From Bacteroidales bacterium (GTDB lineage: Bacteria > Bacteroidota > Bacteroidia > Bacteroidales > VadinHA17): a stretch of 64,000 bases of DNA. Location of the stretch: NCBI GenBank assembly GCA_049294075.1, contig JBAQCK010000138.1, positions 38,361 to 102,360 on the forward strand, written 5' to 3'. The notes under the pieces are model-generated. The model was not told the origin of the DNA. It did not search any database and saw only the letters and a list, made by a program, of their open reading frames with translations. Within the stretch, counting starts at the first letter, position 1. Each line of letters starts with the position of its first letter. Position numbers and translations under genes: made by a program. Positions 1-9,496 of this stretch are shown here, piece by piece.

Positions 1-647
1 GCCTGCCGGTAGCTGGTCTGTGCGTACCTGTATGCAAAGGAAAGATAGGTTTCCATTTCCTCGTTCGACCATGAAATTCCGGTTCCCAGGGTCAGCATGC
101 CTCCTCCCTTGTAGTCCTTCCTGAGATAATCATTTGTCGGATCGGTTCCGCCGTCGCCGCCTGAGTGAATTAACGTGCCTCCCCTGAAGAAAACGAAGGG
201 AGCCGTTTTATGCTCGTTCATCAGCAGCTTGTATTCGGCGAAAACAGGAACATAACCCGAATTGAAGTATTCGATTCCCGATCCGATGCCGATAATGTTT
301 CTGGTAGCTGCAGTGTAACTCAGAATGAGATTGAAACTTACAGGTGTGGCATATTCGTTGTCGGGGGCGCCTACCAGAAGACCTATTTCGGGAGAGAATC
401 CGATTCCGCCGGTTTTCCTTCCGTCATATAACGGAGTTTCCTTTTTAAATCTGTCTACTTCGTCGGAGCTGAATTTAAACAGACTGCCGTCGTAGGTGCG
501 GATTGTGTAAGTGTTGTCTGAAATTTCCTGAAGCTTTCCGTAAATAACGCTGCCGTTCCTGAGGCAGAGGGCGTCTTTGGTTCTTTGTGCCGATAGCGGC
601 AAAACGAATATAGCCGCCAGAAGGAGAAGTGTAACGATTTTTTTCAT
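1..647 (-). CDS. hypothetical exported protein (3' end outside window)
   Basis: Reverse-strand ATG at 647-645 gives MKKIVTLLLLAAIFVLPLSAQ (signal peptide). The frame stays open to position 1, and the ORF is absent from the track only because no stop lies in the window. Confidence 0.6.
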   Translation of the reverse strand, partial: MKKIVTLLLLAAIFVLPLSAQRTKDALCLRNGSVIYGKLQEISDNTYTIRTYDGSLFKFSSDEVDRFKKETPLYDGRKTGGIGFSPEIGLLVGAPDNEYATPVSFNLILSYTAATRNIIGIGSGIEYFNSGYVPVFAEYKLLMNEHKTAPFVFFRGGTLIHSGGDGGTDPTNDYLRKDYKGGGMLTLGTGISWSNEEMETYLSFAYRYAQTSYRQ

Positions 648-713
648 GTCAGGGTCAGATTAGAGTAGATTAGCATGATTTTTGTTCATGCATTGATATA
701 AAACCTGACCTCC

Positions 714-2006
714 ATGAAAACAAAAATCATTCCAATTATGGGAATAATTGCGCTTTTCGCCACCTTATTTTTTTCCTGCGAGGATAAAACCTTCAGGGAG
801 TACGAGGGGAACGCACCCGTTTATATGACCTATGAAGATATGAGGAAAGCGATAGTTACCGATTATGATTCTGAACTGAAGAACCCCGGGAAAATATACT
901 ACAAGGATGATTATATATTTATTGTAGAGGAGCTTAAGGGAATCCATGTCTACGATAACTTAAATCCTTCCTCCCCGGTTAAAAAGGTTTTTGTCACCAT
1001 ACCCGGGGTGGTTGATATTTCAATAACAGGCTATATCCTGTATGCTGACAGTTATGTTGATCTGGTTATCCTTGATGTTGAGAACATCGACAATATTCAT
1101 GAGGTGGGAAGGATGAAGGATGTTCTTCCGTATACGGTTCCGCCCACCGGCAATGATCTTCCGATGGCCTGGGTGGACGAAAAGAAGGGAGTCGTTACCG
1201 GGTGGGAGGAGAGGACAATCAGGGAAAGGATTTATACAGTTCCATCGTATCCGTGGCCGATTTTCTTTGAAGGAGGAGGGATGAGATATCTCGACATGGC
1301 AAATGCTTCCGGAGCATCTTCTGGAGTAAGCGGAAGCGGGACGGGCTTCGGAGGATCCATGGCCCGTTTTGGTATAAAGGGAAACGTTCTTTACATTGTT
1401 GACCGTAATAATCTTTCAGTGATTGATATTACAAATAAAACAAACCCCCGGGAAATGGGAGATTTCTACCCCGGGTGGGATGTGGAGACCATGTTCCTTG
1501 CGGGCGACAGGATGTATCTTGGCGCTTCCACGGGAATGGTGATCTTCGATATATCCAATCCGCTGGTTCCGAAATCGAGGGTGTTTTTCAACCACGCGAG
1601 TAGCTGTGATCCGGTTGTTGTGGATGACACAATAGCCTATGTGACTCTCAGAAGCGGAAACACCTGCGCGGGTACAGTCAACTGCCTCGATGTAATTAAT
1701 GTGAAAAATATTAACTCTCCCTCAATGGTTGCCACGTTCCCGATGACCAATCCTCACGGGCTTGGCAAGAGCGGCGATCTGCTCTTTATCTGCGACGGTG
1801 ATGCCGGGCTTAAGATTTATGATGCCTCCGATCCTGCATCGGTAGGGAACAAGCAGGTATCTGCATACCCCGATATCAATGCATACGATGTGATACCCAT
1901 CGGTTCCCTGCTTGTGATGATAGGAGAAGACGGATTGTACCAGTACAGCTATTCGGACATTCAGAATATAAGGCTCCTGAGCAGTATTGCGATCAGCAGT
2001 GAATAA
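714..2006 (+). CDS. LVIVD-repeat beta-propeller lipoprotein
   Basis: Lipoprotein signal (LFFSC). Recurrent LVIVD-like units: LVILDVENIDNIHEVG, LSVIDITNKTNPREMG, MVIFDISNPLVPKS, LKIYDASDPASVG. Confidence 0.75.
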   Translation: MKTKIIPIMGIIALFATLFFSCEDKTFREYEGNAPVYMTYEDMRKAIVTDYDSELKNPGKIYYKDDYIFIVEELKGIHVYDNLNPSSPVKKVFVTIPGVVDISITGYILYADSYVDLVILDVENIDNIHEVGRMKDVLPYTVPPTGNDLPMAWVDEKKGVVTGWEERTIRERIYTVPSYPWPIFFEGGGMRYLDMANASGASSGVSGSGTGFGGSMARFGIKGNVLYIVDRNNLSVIDITNKTNPREMGDFYPGWDVETMFLAGDRMYLGASTGMVIFDISNPLVPKSRVFFNHASSCDPVVVDDTIAYVTLRSGNTCAGTVNCLDVINVKNINSPSMVATFPMTNPHGLGKSGDLLFICDGDAGLKIYDASDPASVGNKQVSAYPDINAYDVIPIGSLLVMIGEDGLYQYSYSDIQNIRLLSSIAISSE

Positions 2007-2303
2007 TTCCGTTCATTGGTTGTTTTCTTTTGTCAGGCCTAAAAATATTGACTTATGGTATAGTGATTTTTTCACAATCCTGACTTCATTTCTTTTTTGT
2101 GCCAAATAGCAACAAATCAAGTATTTAATTAGATATAAGAGACTGAAAATAATATCGGTCTACAGGGTTATTAACATAGTTTATGAAAAATTATGATTTG
2201 TGCTTTGGTAAATTAGGAATTATTGTTATTAATTTAACAGAACGAAGGAATTAGACTCCGTGACAGGTTAAAATTATAGTAATTATTTAAAAATCAATTA
2301 AAT

Positions 2304-2771
2304 ATGTATGAAGTTGAAGATCTTGTAAAGGATTTGTCCCTTAAGTACGGCAGCAACAGGAGCAGTCTCATGCCCATTCTTCAGGGAATAGTGGAGAAAC
2401 ACAACTATCTGTCTGATGAAGTGATGGTCGAGGTCGCGAAGACACTTGACATATCAGCAGCGGAAGTATATGGGACAGCTTCGTTTTACACTTTTCTCGA
2501 TACGCAGGTACGGGGAAAATATGTGATAAGGGTTTGTAAGACAATCACTTGTTCGATGAAGGGGAAAGGAGAGATAATGCAGGTCATTGAAGATATGCTG
2601 AAGATCAAGGCAGGAGAGACGACTCCCGACAGGATGTTCAGCCTTCTTGAGACTAACTGCATAGGATGGTGTCACAAAGCGCCGGCAATACTGATAAATG
2701 AAATACCCTATACGGAGCTTACACCGGAAAAGGTTGTGGAAATACTTAAAAGTTACATGAAAACCAAATAA
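2304..2771 (+). CDS. hydC: [FeFe]-hydrogenase gamma subunit, NuoE-like 2Fe-2S protein
   Basis: Thioredoxin-like 2Fe-2S ligands VCKTITCSM and NCIGWCHKAP. First gene of the hydC-hydB-hydA run. Confidence 0.85.
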   Translation: MYEVEDLVKDLSLKYGSNRSSLMPILQGIVEKHNYLSDEVMVEVAKTLDISAAEVYGTASFYTFLDTQVRGKYVIRVCKTITCSMKGKGEIMQVIEDMLKIKAGETTPDRMFSLLETNCIGWCHKAPAILINEIPYTELTPEKVVEILKSYMKTK

Positions 2772-2782
2772 TCTGCTGTATT

Positions 2783-3943
2783 ATGGAAAACAAAGTTTTA
2801 AATAAAGTAGGGCTGATATTCGAGAATGTTGATCCGAAGGAGGTTCTTACGAAGGCTTTCAATATGTCGAAAGATGAGGTGATTCAGCAGGTTCTTGATT
2901 CAGGGCTTAAAGGACGCGGCGGAGCAGGATTTCCCACTGGTCTCAAGTGGAAGTTTACTGCTGCCGAAAAAGATCCCGAGAAATATATAGTATGCAACGC
3001 CGATGAGGGAGAACCGGGGACTTTCAAGGACAGGGAGATACTCGACCGGGTTGCCTACAAGGTTTATGGAGGTATGGCGATAGCTGGCAGGACCATAGGA
3101 GCGAAGGAAGGATACGTTTATCTGAGGGGAGAGTACAAGTTCCTTCTCCCGAAGCTCATGAAGGAACTTGATGAATTCCATAAGATGATTGATGAGATAG
3201 GCTACGACTTCAGGATTCATTACCGGCTCGGAAGCGGTGCATATATATGCGGTGAGGAGAGTGCGCTGTTTGAATCGATAGAGGGTTTCAGGGGTGAACC
3301 CAGGAACAAGCCTCCTTATCCCACGACATCAGGTGTCTTTTACAAACCCACTTCCATTAATAATGTGGAAACCCTGGTAACCGTGATGATGATCATCAAA
3401 GACGGAGCCGAATCATATTTCAAGCTGGGAACCACGGATTCAAGGGGGTCAAAGGTCTTCTCAATATCAGGTGACACTCCAACCCCGGGCATTTTTGAAC
3501 TTGAACTGGGAATGTCTGTCCAGCAATTCGTGGATGAGTTCGGCGATGGTGACACAAAAGCCGTGCAGGTCGGAGGGGCTTCGGGTTTCTGTGTCCCGAG
3601 GAAGAAGTTTACTGAGACGATCATCGGCTTTGAGGGAGTTCCCACCGGCGGATCGATGAAGCTTTTCAACAGCTCCAGGTCGATGTACAATGTTCTTCAT
3701 AATTACCTTGATTTCTTTACTGAGGAGTCGTGCGGACAGTGTACTCCATGCAGGGTCGGCTGTCAGCAGCTGCTCAAGGGCGTTGAGAAGGTGAAAAAGG
3801 GAGAAGCAAAATCAACATATCTGCATGAACTCGTGAAGCTGGCCGACACCATGAAGATCGCTTCAAAATGCGGGCTTGGCCAGTCGGTCGGAAATGCATT
3901 CCGTACCATCGTTGAAAACTTCAGGGAAGAGATCATCTATTAA
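2783..3943 (+). CDS. hydB: [FeFe]-hydrogenase beta subunit, minimal NuoF-like flavoprotein
   Basis: GRGGAGFPTGLKW, CNADEGEPGTFKDR and YICGEESAL motifs. The single [4Fe-4S] motif is ESCGQCTPCR...KCGLGQ. At 386 aa there are no flanking ferredoxin or 2Fe-2S domains. Confidence 0.85.
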   Translation: MENKVLNKVGLIFENVDPKEVLTKAFNMSKDEVIQQVLDSGLKGRGGAGFPTGLKWKFTAAEKDPEKYIVCNADEGEPGTFKDREILDRVAYKVYGGMAIAGRTIGAKEGYVYLRGEYKFLLPKLMKELDEFHKMIDEIGYDFRIHYRLGSGAYICGEESALFESIEGFRGEPRNKPPYPTTSGVFYKPTSINNVETLVTVMMIIKDGAESYFKLGTTDSRGSKVFSISGDTPTPGIFELELGMSVQQFVDEFGDGDTKAVQVGGASGFCVPRKKFTETIIGFEGVPTGGSMKLFNSSRSMYNVLHNYLDFFTEESCGQCTPCRVGCQQLLKGVEKVKKGEAKSTYLHELVKLADTMKIASKCGLGQSVGNAFRTIVENFREEIIY

Positions 3944-3966
3944 TTCACTTTGAAAATCAGAAAAAT

Positions 3967-5748
3967 ATGATAAATCTGACTATAAACGAACAAAAAGTTT
4001 CAGTACCGGCCGGAACAACAGTTCTGGAAGCTGCGAAATTATTAAAGATAAACATACCCACGTTATGCAACCATCCCGACCTGTGTGTCGCCGGTAATTG
4101 CCGTGTATGCGTGGTGGAACAAAAAAGAGCCAGGACGCTTGTCGCTTCATGTGCGACACCGGTTTCAGAGGGCATGGAAATAAATACAAATACCCTGAAG
4201 GTCCGGAATGCCCGCAGGCATATTGTTGAACTCCTTCTTTCCGAACACAGGTCCGACTGCACGAAATGCTATAAGAACACCAAGTGCGAACTTCAGGCCC
4301 TGGCAAATGAGTTTGCCTTCGGCGACAGTATTTTCCTTGATCTTGTGGAGGATCATCCTTACACAATTGATCGGTCATCCCCGGCTTTCATTAAGGACGA
4401 CAGCAAGTGTATCAGGTGTCAGCGCTGTGTCAGGACCTGTTCCGAGCTGCAGTACATCTCCGCCATTGCCGTTGCCAACAAGGGAGCGCATCAGAAAATT
4501 TCATCATTCCACGACAGGCCGATGAGTCATGTTATATGCACCAACTGCGGACAGTGCGTGAACCGCTGTCCCACGGGAGCGCTCACCGAAAAGACCTATA
4601 TTGATCAGGTCTGGGATGCAATTTATGATCCCGACAAGTATGTAATTGTCCAGACCGCGCCTGCTGTAAGAGTAGCCCTTGGTGAGGATCTTGGCTACGA
4701 CCCGGGAGAAAGGGTTACGGGAAAGATGGTCAATGCCCTGAGGCAGATTGGATTCGATTCGGTTCTTGATACTGATTTCAGCGCTGACCTTACAATTATG
4801 GAAGAAGGGACAGAACTACTGACAAGGCTGAAGAAAGCCCTGGTTGACAAGGATGCATCTATAAAATTCCCGATGTTCACATCCTGTTCTCCCGGCTGGA
4901 TAAAGTTCATTGAACACAAATACCCTGAATTCCTTCCTAACCTTTCAACCTGCAAGTCGCCTCAGCAGATGTTTGGGGCCCTGGCAAAAACCTTTTATGC
5001 CGAAAAAAAGAAGGTCGACCCGTCAAAAATTGTATCTGTGTCGATCATGCCGTGCACCGCGAAGAAATATGAAGCCGACAGGCCTGAAATGAGGGCAAGC
5101 GGGTACAAGGACATAGATTTCGTTCTTACGACGCGCGAACTGGCAGTTATGATAAAACAGGCAGGTATTGATTTCAGAAATCTCGAACCGGCTCACTACG
5201 ATTCTATAATGGGCGATTCAACAGGTGCCGCAGTTATATTCGGAGCCACGGGCGGGGTGATGGAAGCTGCACTCAGAACAGCTTACGAGATAGTTACGGG
5301 AAGAGAGGTTCCGTTTGCCAACCTGAACATTACTCCTGTGAGAGGGCTGGAGGGAGTTAAGGAAGCTTCGGTGAAAATTGAAGGATGCACTGATGACTGG
5401 AAATTCCTCGAGGGTGCTGAACTTAAGGTTGCAATTGCGCATGGACTTGTCAATGCCAACACGATCATGGCAGAGGTTCGTGAAGGGAAATCCCCATATC
5501 ATTTTGTGGAAATAATGGCTTGCCCCGGTGGCTGTATCGGCGGCGGAGGACAACCTATTCCTACAAGCAAAGAGATCCGGCAGAACAGGATTAATGCAAT
5601 CTATTCAGAGGATGAGCACATGGTGCTCCGAAAGTCACATGATAATCCTGATGTAATAGCGCTTTACAAGGAGTTTCTTGGCAAACCCAACAGTCACAAA
5701 GCTCATGAGCTTTTGCATACCCACTATGTTGAGAGAGATAACTTTTAG
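3967..5748 (+). CDS. hydA: [FeFe]-hydrogenase catalytic subunit (M3-type domain layout)
   Basis: N-terminal 2Fe-2S Cys pattern and the ferredoxin motifs CIRCQRCVRTC and CTNCGQCVNRCP. H-cluster motifs are FTSCSPGW, MPCTAKKYEA and EIMACPGGCIGGGGQP. Confidence 0.92.
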   Translation: MINLTINEQKVSVPAGTTVLEAAKLLKINIPTLCNHPDLCVAGNCRVCVVEQKRARTLVASCATPVSEGMEINTNTLKVRNARRHIVELLLSEHRSDCTKCYKNTKCELQALANEFAFGDSIFLDLVEDHPYTIDRSSPAFIKDDSKCIRCQRCVRTCSELQYISAIAVANKGAHQKISSFHDRPMSHVICTNCGQCVNRCPTGALTEKTYIDQVWDAIYDPDKYVIVQTAPAVRVALGEDLGYDPGERVTGKMVNALRQIGFDSVLDTDFSADLTIMEEGTELLTRLKKALVDKDASIKFPMFTSCSPGWIKFIEHKYPEFLPNLSTCKSPQQMFGALAKTFYAEKKKVDPSKIVSVSIMPCTAKKYEADRPEMRASGYKDIDFVLTTRELAVMIKQAGIDFRNLEPAHYDSIMGDSTGAAVIFGATGGVMEAALRTAYEIVTGREVPFANLNITPVRGLEGVKEASVKIEGCTDDWKFLEGAELKVAIAHGLVNANTIMAEVREGKSPYHFVEIMACPGGCIGGGGQPIPTSKEIRQNRINAIYSEDEHMVLRKSHDNPDVIALYKEFLGKPNSHKAHELLHTHYVERDNF

Positions 5749-5767
5749 AAATATTTTGTAATTTGAT

Positions 5768-5799
5768 GGCCGGCGTTTTTTTTAATGCCGGCTTTTTTA
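5768..5799 (+). terminator. rho-independent terminator after hydA
   Basis: GGCCGGC ... GCCGGC stem followed by a T6 run, 20 nt after the hydA stop. Confidence 0.7.
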
Positions 5800-5863
5800 T
5801 TGGGCGACAATTCGCCGGACAATTGATCCGGAAAAGAACGGGATAAGACTAAATAAAACATAC

Positions 5864-6835
5864 ATGGAAAATAGTGAATTGAAGATAGCGACAGCACAAT
5901 TCGAGAACAGGAGCGGAGACAAAGAGTACAATCTGTCGGTTATTGATACTCTTGCAGAAAAAGCGGCTGCAGAAGGAGCGGATGCAATAGCTTTTCATGA
6001 GTGCTCTCTTACAGGCTACACTTTTGCCGGGAAGTTATCCGAAAGCGAGCTTCGAGACATTGCGGAGCCGATACCCGACGGCCCGGGCACTGCAGCCCTG
6101 ATAAAAATTGCCAGGAAGCATAACATATTTGTTCTGGCCGGTCTCTTTGAAAAGGACAAGAGTGGAAAAATATACAAGGCTTATGTATGTGCTGGTACTG
6201 AAGGGCTTGTGGCAAAGCACCGGAAGATTCATCCCTTTATAAACCCTGCAATTGTACCCGGCGACAGCTATACTGTTTTCGACCTGAAGGGATGGAAGTG
6301 CGGCATACTTATCTGCTACGACAACAATGTGATAGAGAATGTCAGGGCCACAGCCCTGCTTGGCGCCAGGATATTGTTCATGCCTCATGTCACCATGTGC
6401 ACTCCCTCGCCCCGTCCGGGAGCAGGATTTGTGGATCCGCAGCTATGGATGAACCGGCATGCCGATCCTGACACATTGAGAATGGAGTTCGACGGACCCA
6501 AGGGCCGGGAATGGCTTATGCGCTGGCTTCCGGCCCGTGCTTATGATAACGGAATATACGTTGTGTTCTCCAATCCTATAGGGATGGATGACGATCAGCT
6601 TAAAAACGGCTGTTCAATGATAATAGATCCTTATGGCGAGATTATTGCCGAGTGCAGGGAACTTGGCGACTGCTTCGCTACCGCGGAAATCAGCAGGCAG
6701 AAACTCGAAGATGCCGGAGGATTCAGGTATACGATGGCGCGGCGCCCCGATCTTTACAGGGATATCATCGGCCGCGACCATACGGCGGTACAGAAAGTGG
6801 CATGGTTGAAAGGGAAAGGTAAATTTCCGGGTTAA
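5864..6835 (+). CDS. carbon-nitrogen hydrolase (nitrilase superfamily)
   Basis: Glu-Lys-Cys triad context: AFHECSLTGY, KHRKIHPF, GILICYDNN. Confidence 0.8.
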   Translation: MENSELKIATAQFENRSGDKEYNLSVIDTLAEKAAAEGADAIAFHECSLTGYTFAGKLSESELRDIAEPIPDGPGTAALIKIARKHNIFVLAGLFEKDKSGKIYKAYVCAGTEGLVAKHRKIHPFINPAIVPGDSYTVFDLKGWKCGILICYDNNVIENVRATALLGARILFMPHVTMCTPSPRPGAGFVDPQLWMNRHADPDTLRMEFDGPKGREWLMRWLPARAYDNGIYVVFSNPIGMDDDQLKNGCSMIIDPYGEIIAECRELGDCFATAEISRQKLEDAGGFRYTMARRPDLYRDIIGRDHTAVQKVAWLKGKGKFPG

Positions 6836-6892
6836 ACAGCAGTTTTGTATTTTTGTATTGATTTCGATCATTTCTCAAAGAGCCTTTCAAAA

Positions 6893-7357
6893 ATGGAAAT
6901 TCGTTACGACTGGAAGACAAAATTTTTCAGTAGGAAGTTCGAGATTTATCAGAACGATCAGCTCAAGGGAGAACTGTTCAAGGAGGGATTGTCGGGAAAA
7001 GTGACCGGGGAGCTGAATACGAAGCGGTTTCAGTTTGAGACCAAAGGATTTTTTAAATTTGAAACGAAAATCGCTGATCTCCAGAGGCATATTGAAGCCG
7101 GCAAGATAACCTTCCTTCGTGGGGAAAGCGGTACTATTATCCTTTATAAGGAAAGGCAGTATAAATGGAAATTTGAAAATTTTATTTGTTCGCGCTGGAG
7201 CCTGAGTGATGAAAAGCGGGTGCTCATCAAATATCATTCGAATGCGTTTACCGGTATGATTGAATCGTACACAACCGATGAACTGCTAATATTATCAGGT
7301 TTCTATATCAGGAACTGCCTAAGGAAAAGATCGGCCCGGATTGCAGCTGCCTCGTAG
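6893..7357 (+). CDS. hypothetical protein
   Basis: Open frame with the first ATG at 6893 (the track start at 6845 is TTG). No motif recognised. Its 3' end overlaps the annotated dinB upstream region. Confidence 0.45.
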   Translation: MEIRYDWKTKFFSRKFEIYQNDQLKGELFKEGLSGKVTGELNTKRFQFETKGFFKFETKIADLQRHIEAGKITFLRGESGTIILYKERQYKWKFENFICSRWSLSDEKRVLIKYHSNAFTGMIESYTTDELLILSGFYIRNCLRKRSARIAAAS

Positions 7358-7388
7358 AACCACCGACCTGTTGATTGCTATTGGCAAA

Positions 7389-8468
7389 ATGAGAAAGATC
7401 ATCCACATCGACATGGATGCTTTTTTTGCATCCATAGAGCAGCTTGACCATCCGGAACTCAGGGGCAAGCCTGTTGCGGTCGGGGGCAGCGGTATCCGTC
7501 ATGTGGTTGCTGCAGCAAGCTATGAAGCACGCAAGTTCGGTGTTCATTCCGCCATGCCTTCGGTAACGGCCAGAAAGCTGTGCCCTGAACTGATTTTTGT
7601 AAGGCACAGGTTTGAACGTTATCACCAGCTGTCGGAGAATATTTTTGATATATTCAGGGAGTTCACTGATCTTGTCGAACCCCTTTCGATCGATGAAGCA
7701 TTTCTTGATGTCACAAACGACAAAAAAGGGATGGGATCTGCAACACTAATTGCACGAACTATAAAGAAGGAGATAAAGGCAAGGACAGGACTGACAGCTT
7801 CGGCCGGGATATCTGTAAACAAGTTCCTGGCAAAGATTGCTTCCGATATGGACAAACCAGATGGATTGTACCTGATCGCTCCGGAGAAAGCTGCGGAATT
7901 TATAGAGAAACTCCCAATCGAGAAATTCTTTGGCATTGGAAGGGTTACGGCTGCAAAAATGCACAAGCTTGGAATACATTGCGGGGCTGATCTCAAAAAG
8001 TGGGACCTTCTTTCGCTGATCAGAAACTTCGGCAAGTCCGGCAGGTTTTATTACGATATTGCGAGGGGTTTAGATGAACGTCCTGTAGAAGTCAACTCGG
8101 AGCGGAAATCAGTGGGCACCGAACTTACATACGAAAAGGACCTGACCACTCAGTTTGAGATCATTGCCGAGCTTTACAAAGTCGAAAAGGAGTTGATGGA
8201 AAGGATTGAAAATGCCGGTGTAACAGGAAGAACAGTCACCTTAAAGGTTAAGTTTTCAGATTTCAGACAGATTACAAGAAGCAGGACTTTGCCTGAATAT
8301 ATCCGTTCGTTCGGGAAACTTCATGAGGAAGTAACAGGAATAAGGAAGTCGCTCGATCTGAGCGGAAGCAGGATAAGACTTCTGGGAGTGAGCATTTCAA
8401 ACCTGGAAACCGATGATAGCTCCGACAGGCAGCTGGAACTGTTTGACCATGATGATCCTATTGGCTGA
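7389..8468 (+). CDS. dinB: DNA polymerase IV (Y-family)
   Basis: MRKIIHIDMDAFFASIEQ and SIDEAFLDVT motifs. Start moved to the internal ATG that opens the conserved N-terminus. Confidence 0.9.
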   Translation: MRKIIHIDMDAFFASIEQLDHPELRGKPVAVGGSGIRHVVAAASYEARKFGVHSAMPSVTARKLCPELIFVRHRFERYHQLSENIFDIFREFTDLVEPLSIDEAFLDVTNDKKGMGSATLIARTIKKEIKARTGLTASAGISVNKFLAKIASDMDKPDGLYLIAPEKAAEFIEKLPIEKFFGIGRVTAAKMHKLGIHCGADLKKWDLLSLIRNFGKSGRFYYDIARGLDERPVEVNSERKSVGTELTYEKDLTTQFEIIAELYKVEKELMERIENAGVTGRTVTLKVKFSDFRQITRSRTLPEYIRSFGKLHEEVTGIRKSLDLSGSRIRLLGVSISNLETDDSSDRQLELFDHDDPIG

Positions 8469-9120
8469 AGCCTGCTTCACTGCCAAACTCCCTGAAAAAA
8501 TCATCCAGCATAAGATATCTTTTCCTGTGCTTTTCTATCAGAACAGTGTATTTTCCAAACCACGATTCCAGGTTCCGGAACCTTTTTGCAGCGTTCTTCC
8601 TGATCTCATCCGCGATTTTTTCAGGAGGGACACCCCGCTCAATATAAATCTCAAGATAACGGTAGATCCCCGTATGCCCGAAGGCATCCATGTCGTCTGC
8701 AGCAGAAAGTATTACCAGAATATTGTTTTTTTCTTCAAGTCCTGAGGAATACTCCTTATTGTCATGTTTTTCAATTGCGTCAAGCATGTCGGTCCAGCCG
8801 GATAAATCCTGCCTGAGTCCTGAAAGGAACTCCGCAGCTAAATTCCGGCTGTGGAAGCCATGATCGACCCCGGTTGTGACTGTCATCCCAAGGTCGTGAA
8901 GATAACATGCGATCAGTGTCTTGCTGTAAAAGTCGAGGGAGTGCGGATTGCTTTTATTTTCCGTGCTGATCAGCAGTTCCCTTGCTAAGTTCCATACTCT
9001 TCGATGGTGGCTGATATCGTGGGAAAACAGCGTTCTGTTGCCCCATTTCCGGGCAAAAAAAACTTCAAGAGCCTGCTGATGCATGTTTTCAGCAAGCCCG
9101 GGGGTATCTATAATATCCAT
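8458..9120 (-). CDS. HD-domain phosphohydrolase
   Basis: H...HD pattern (SHHRRVW ... CYLHDLGM). Its 3' end overlaps the dinB 3' end by 11 bp. Confidence 0.7.
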   Translation of the reverse strand: MDIIDTPGLAENMHQQALEVFFARKWGNRTLFSHDISHHRRVWNLARELLISTENKSNPHSLDFYSKTLIACYLHDLGMTVTTGVDHGFHSRNLAAEFLSGLRQDLSGWTDMLDAIEKHDNKEYSSGLEEKNNILVILSAADDMDAFGHTGIYRYLEIYIERGVPPEKIADEIRKNAAKRFRNLESWFGKYTVLIEKHRKRYLMLDDFFREFGSEAGFSQ

Positions 9121-9135
9121 CTGTTGGTTGAACTA

Positions 9136-9164
9136 TTGAAAAGCAAACCCTTCCGGAAGGTTGC
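9136..9164 (-). terminator. putative terminator of the 80-aa gene
   Basis: On the minus strand, an imperfect GC-rich hairpin (GCAACCTTCC/GGAAGGGTTTGC) is followed by TTTTC. Confidence 0.45.
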
Positions 9165-9177
9165 CTTCTATCTGCTT

Positions 9178-9420
9178 CTATTTGAGCATGCTTTCTGCCA
9201 GATCGAGGATGGTAGTATCATCAAAAGTCACTATTCCGCCTCCCGGACCCTGTTCGTAGTGAACGCCAACACACTGTCCAAGTTTAAAATTTGTTCCTCC
9301 GAAGTAGTTTCTGACAGTTTCTTCATGCAGATCCAGCTTCTCTGCAATCTTTTTCATACTACCGGAGGGTAATTGGTCTTTGATCTTCCGGAGTTCATTG
9401 AATGTGATTGTCTTTGCCAT
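9178..9420 (-). CDS. small putative DNA-binding protein
   Basis: 80 aa. The segment MKKIAEKLDLHEETVRNYF looks helix-turn-helix-like. Confidence 0.55.
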   Translation of the reverse strand: MAKTITFNELRKIKDQLPSGSMKKIAEKLDLHEETVRNYFGGTNFKLGQCVGVHYEQGPGGGIVTFDDTTILDLAESMLK

Positions 9421-9496
9421 GATAGCAGAATTTAGTTAATATAAAGTAAAGTACAATAACCTTACCAAAGTTAGTTATAAATCGGCATAAAAAAAA

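Noticed and set aside
2007-2303. 297-bp AT-rich region upstream of hydC as a possible riboswitch or sRNA.
   Set aside because: I could find only a 6-bp long-range complement (GTCAGG/CCTGAC) and no perfect TAnnTTTG box. Nothing here is supportable by eye.
3980-4378. Numerous 60-190-aa antisense ORFs inside hydA, hydB, GH35, hyfB-like, GH38 and other genes in the track.
   Set aside because: All lie opposite strongly supported genes and show no motifs, as expected of shadow frames.
7341-7388. 16-codon N-terminal extension of dinB.
   Set aside because: Y-family polymerases begin at the M(R/K)KIIHIDMDAFF motif, and the extension overlaps the preceding ORF.
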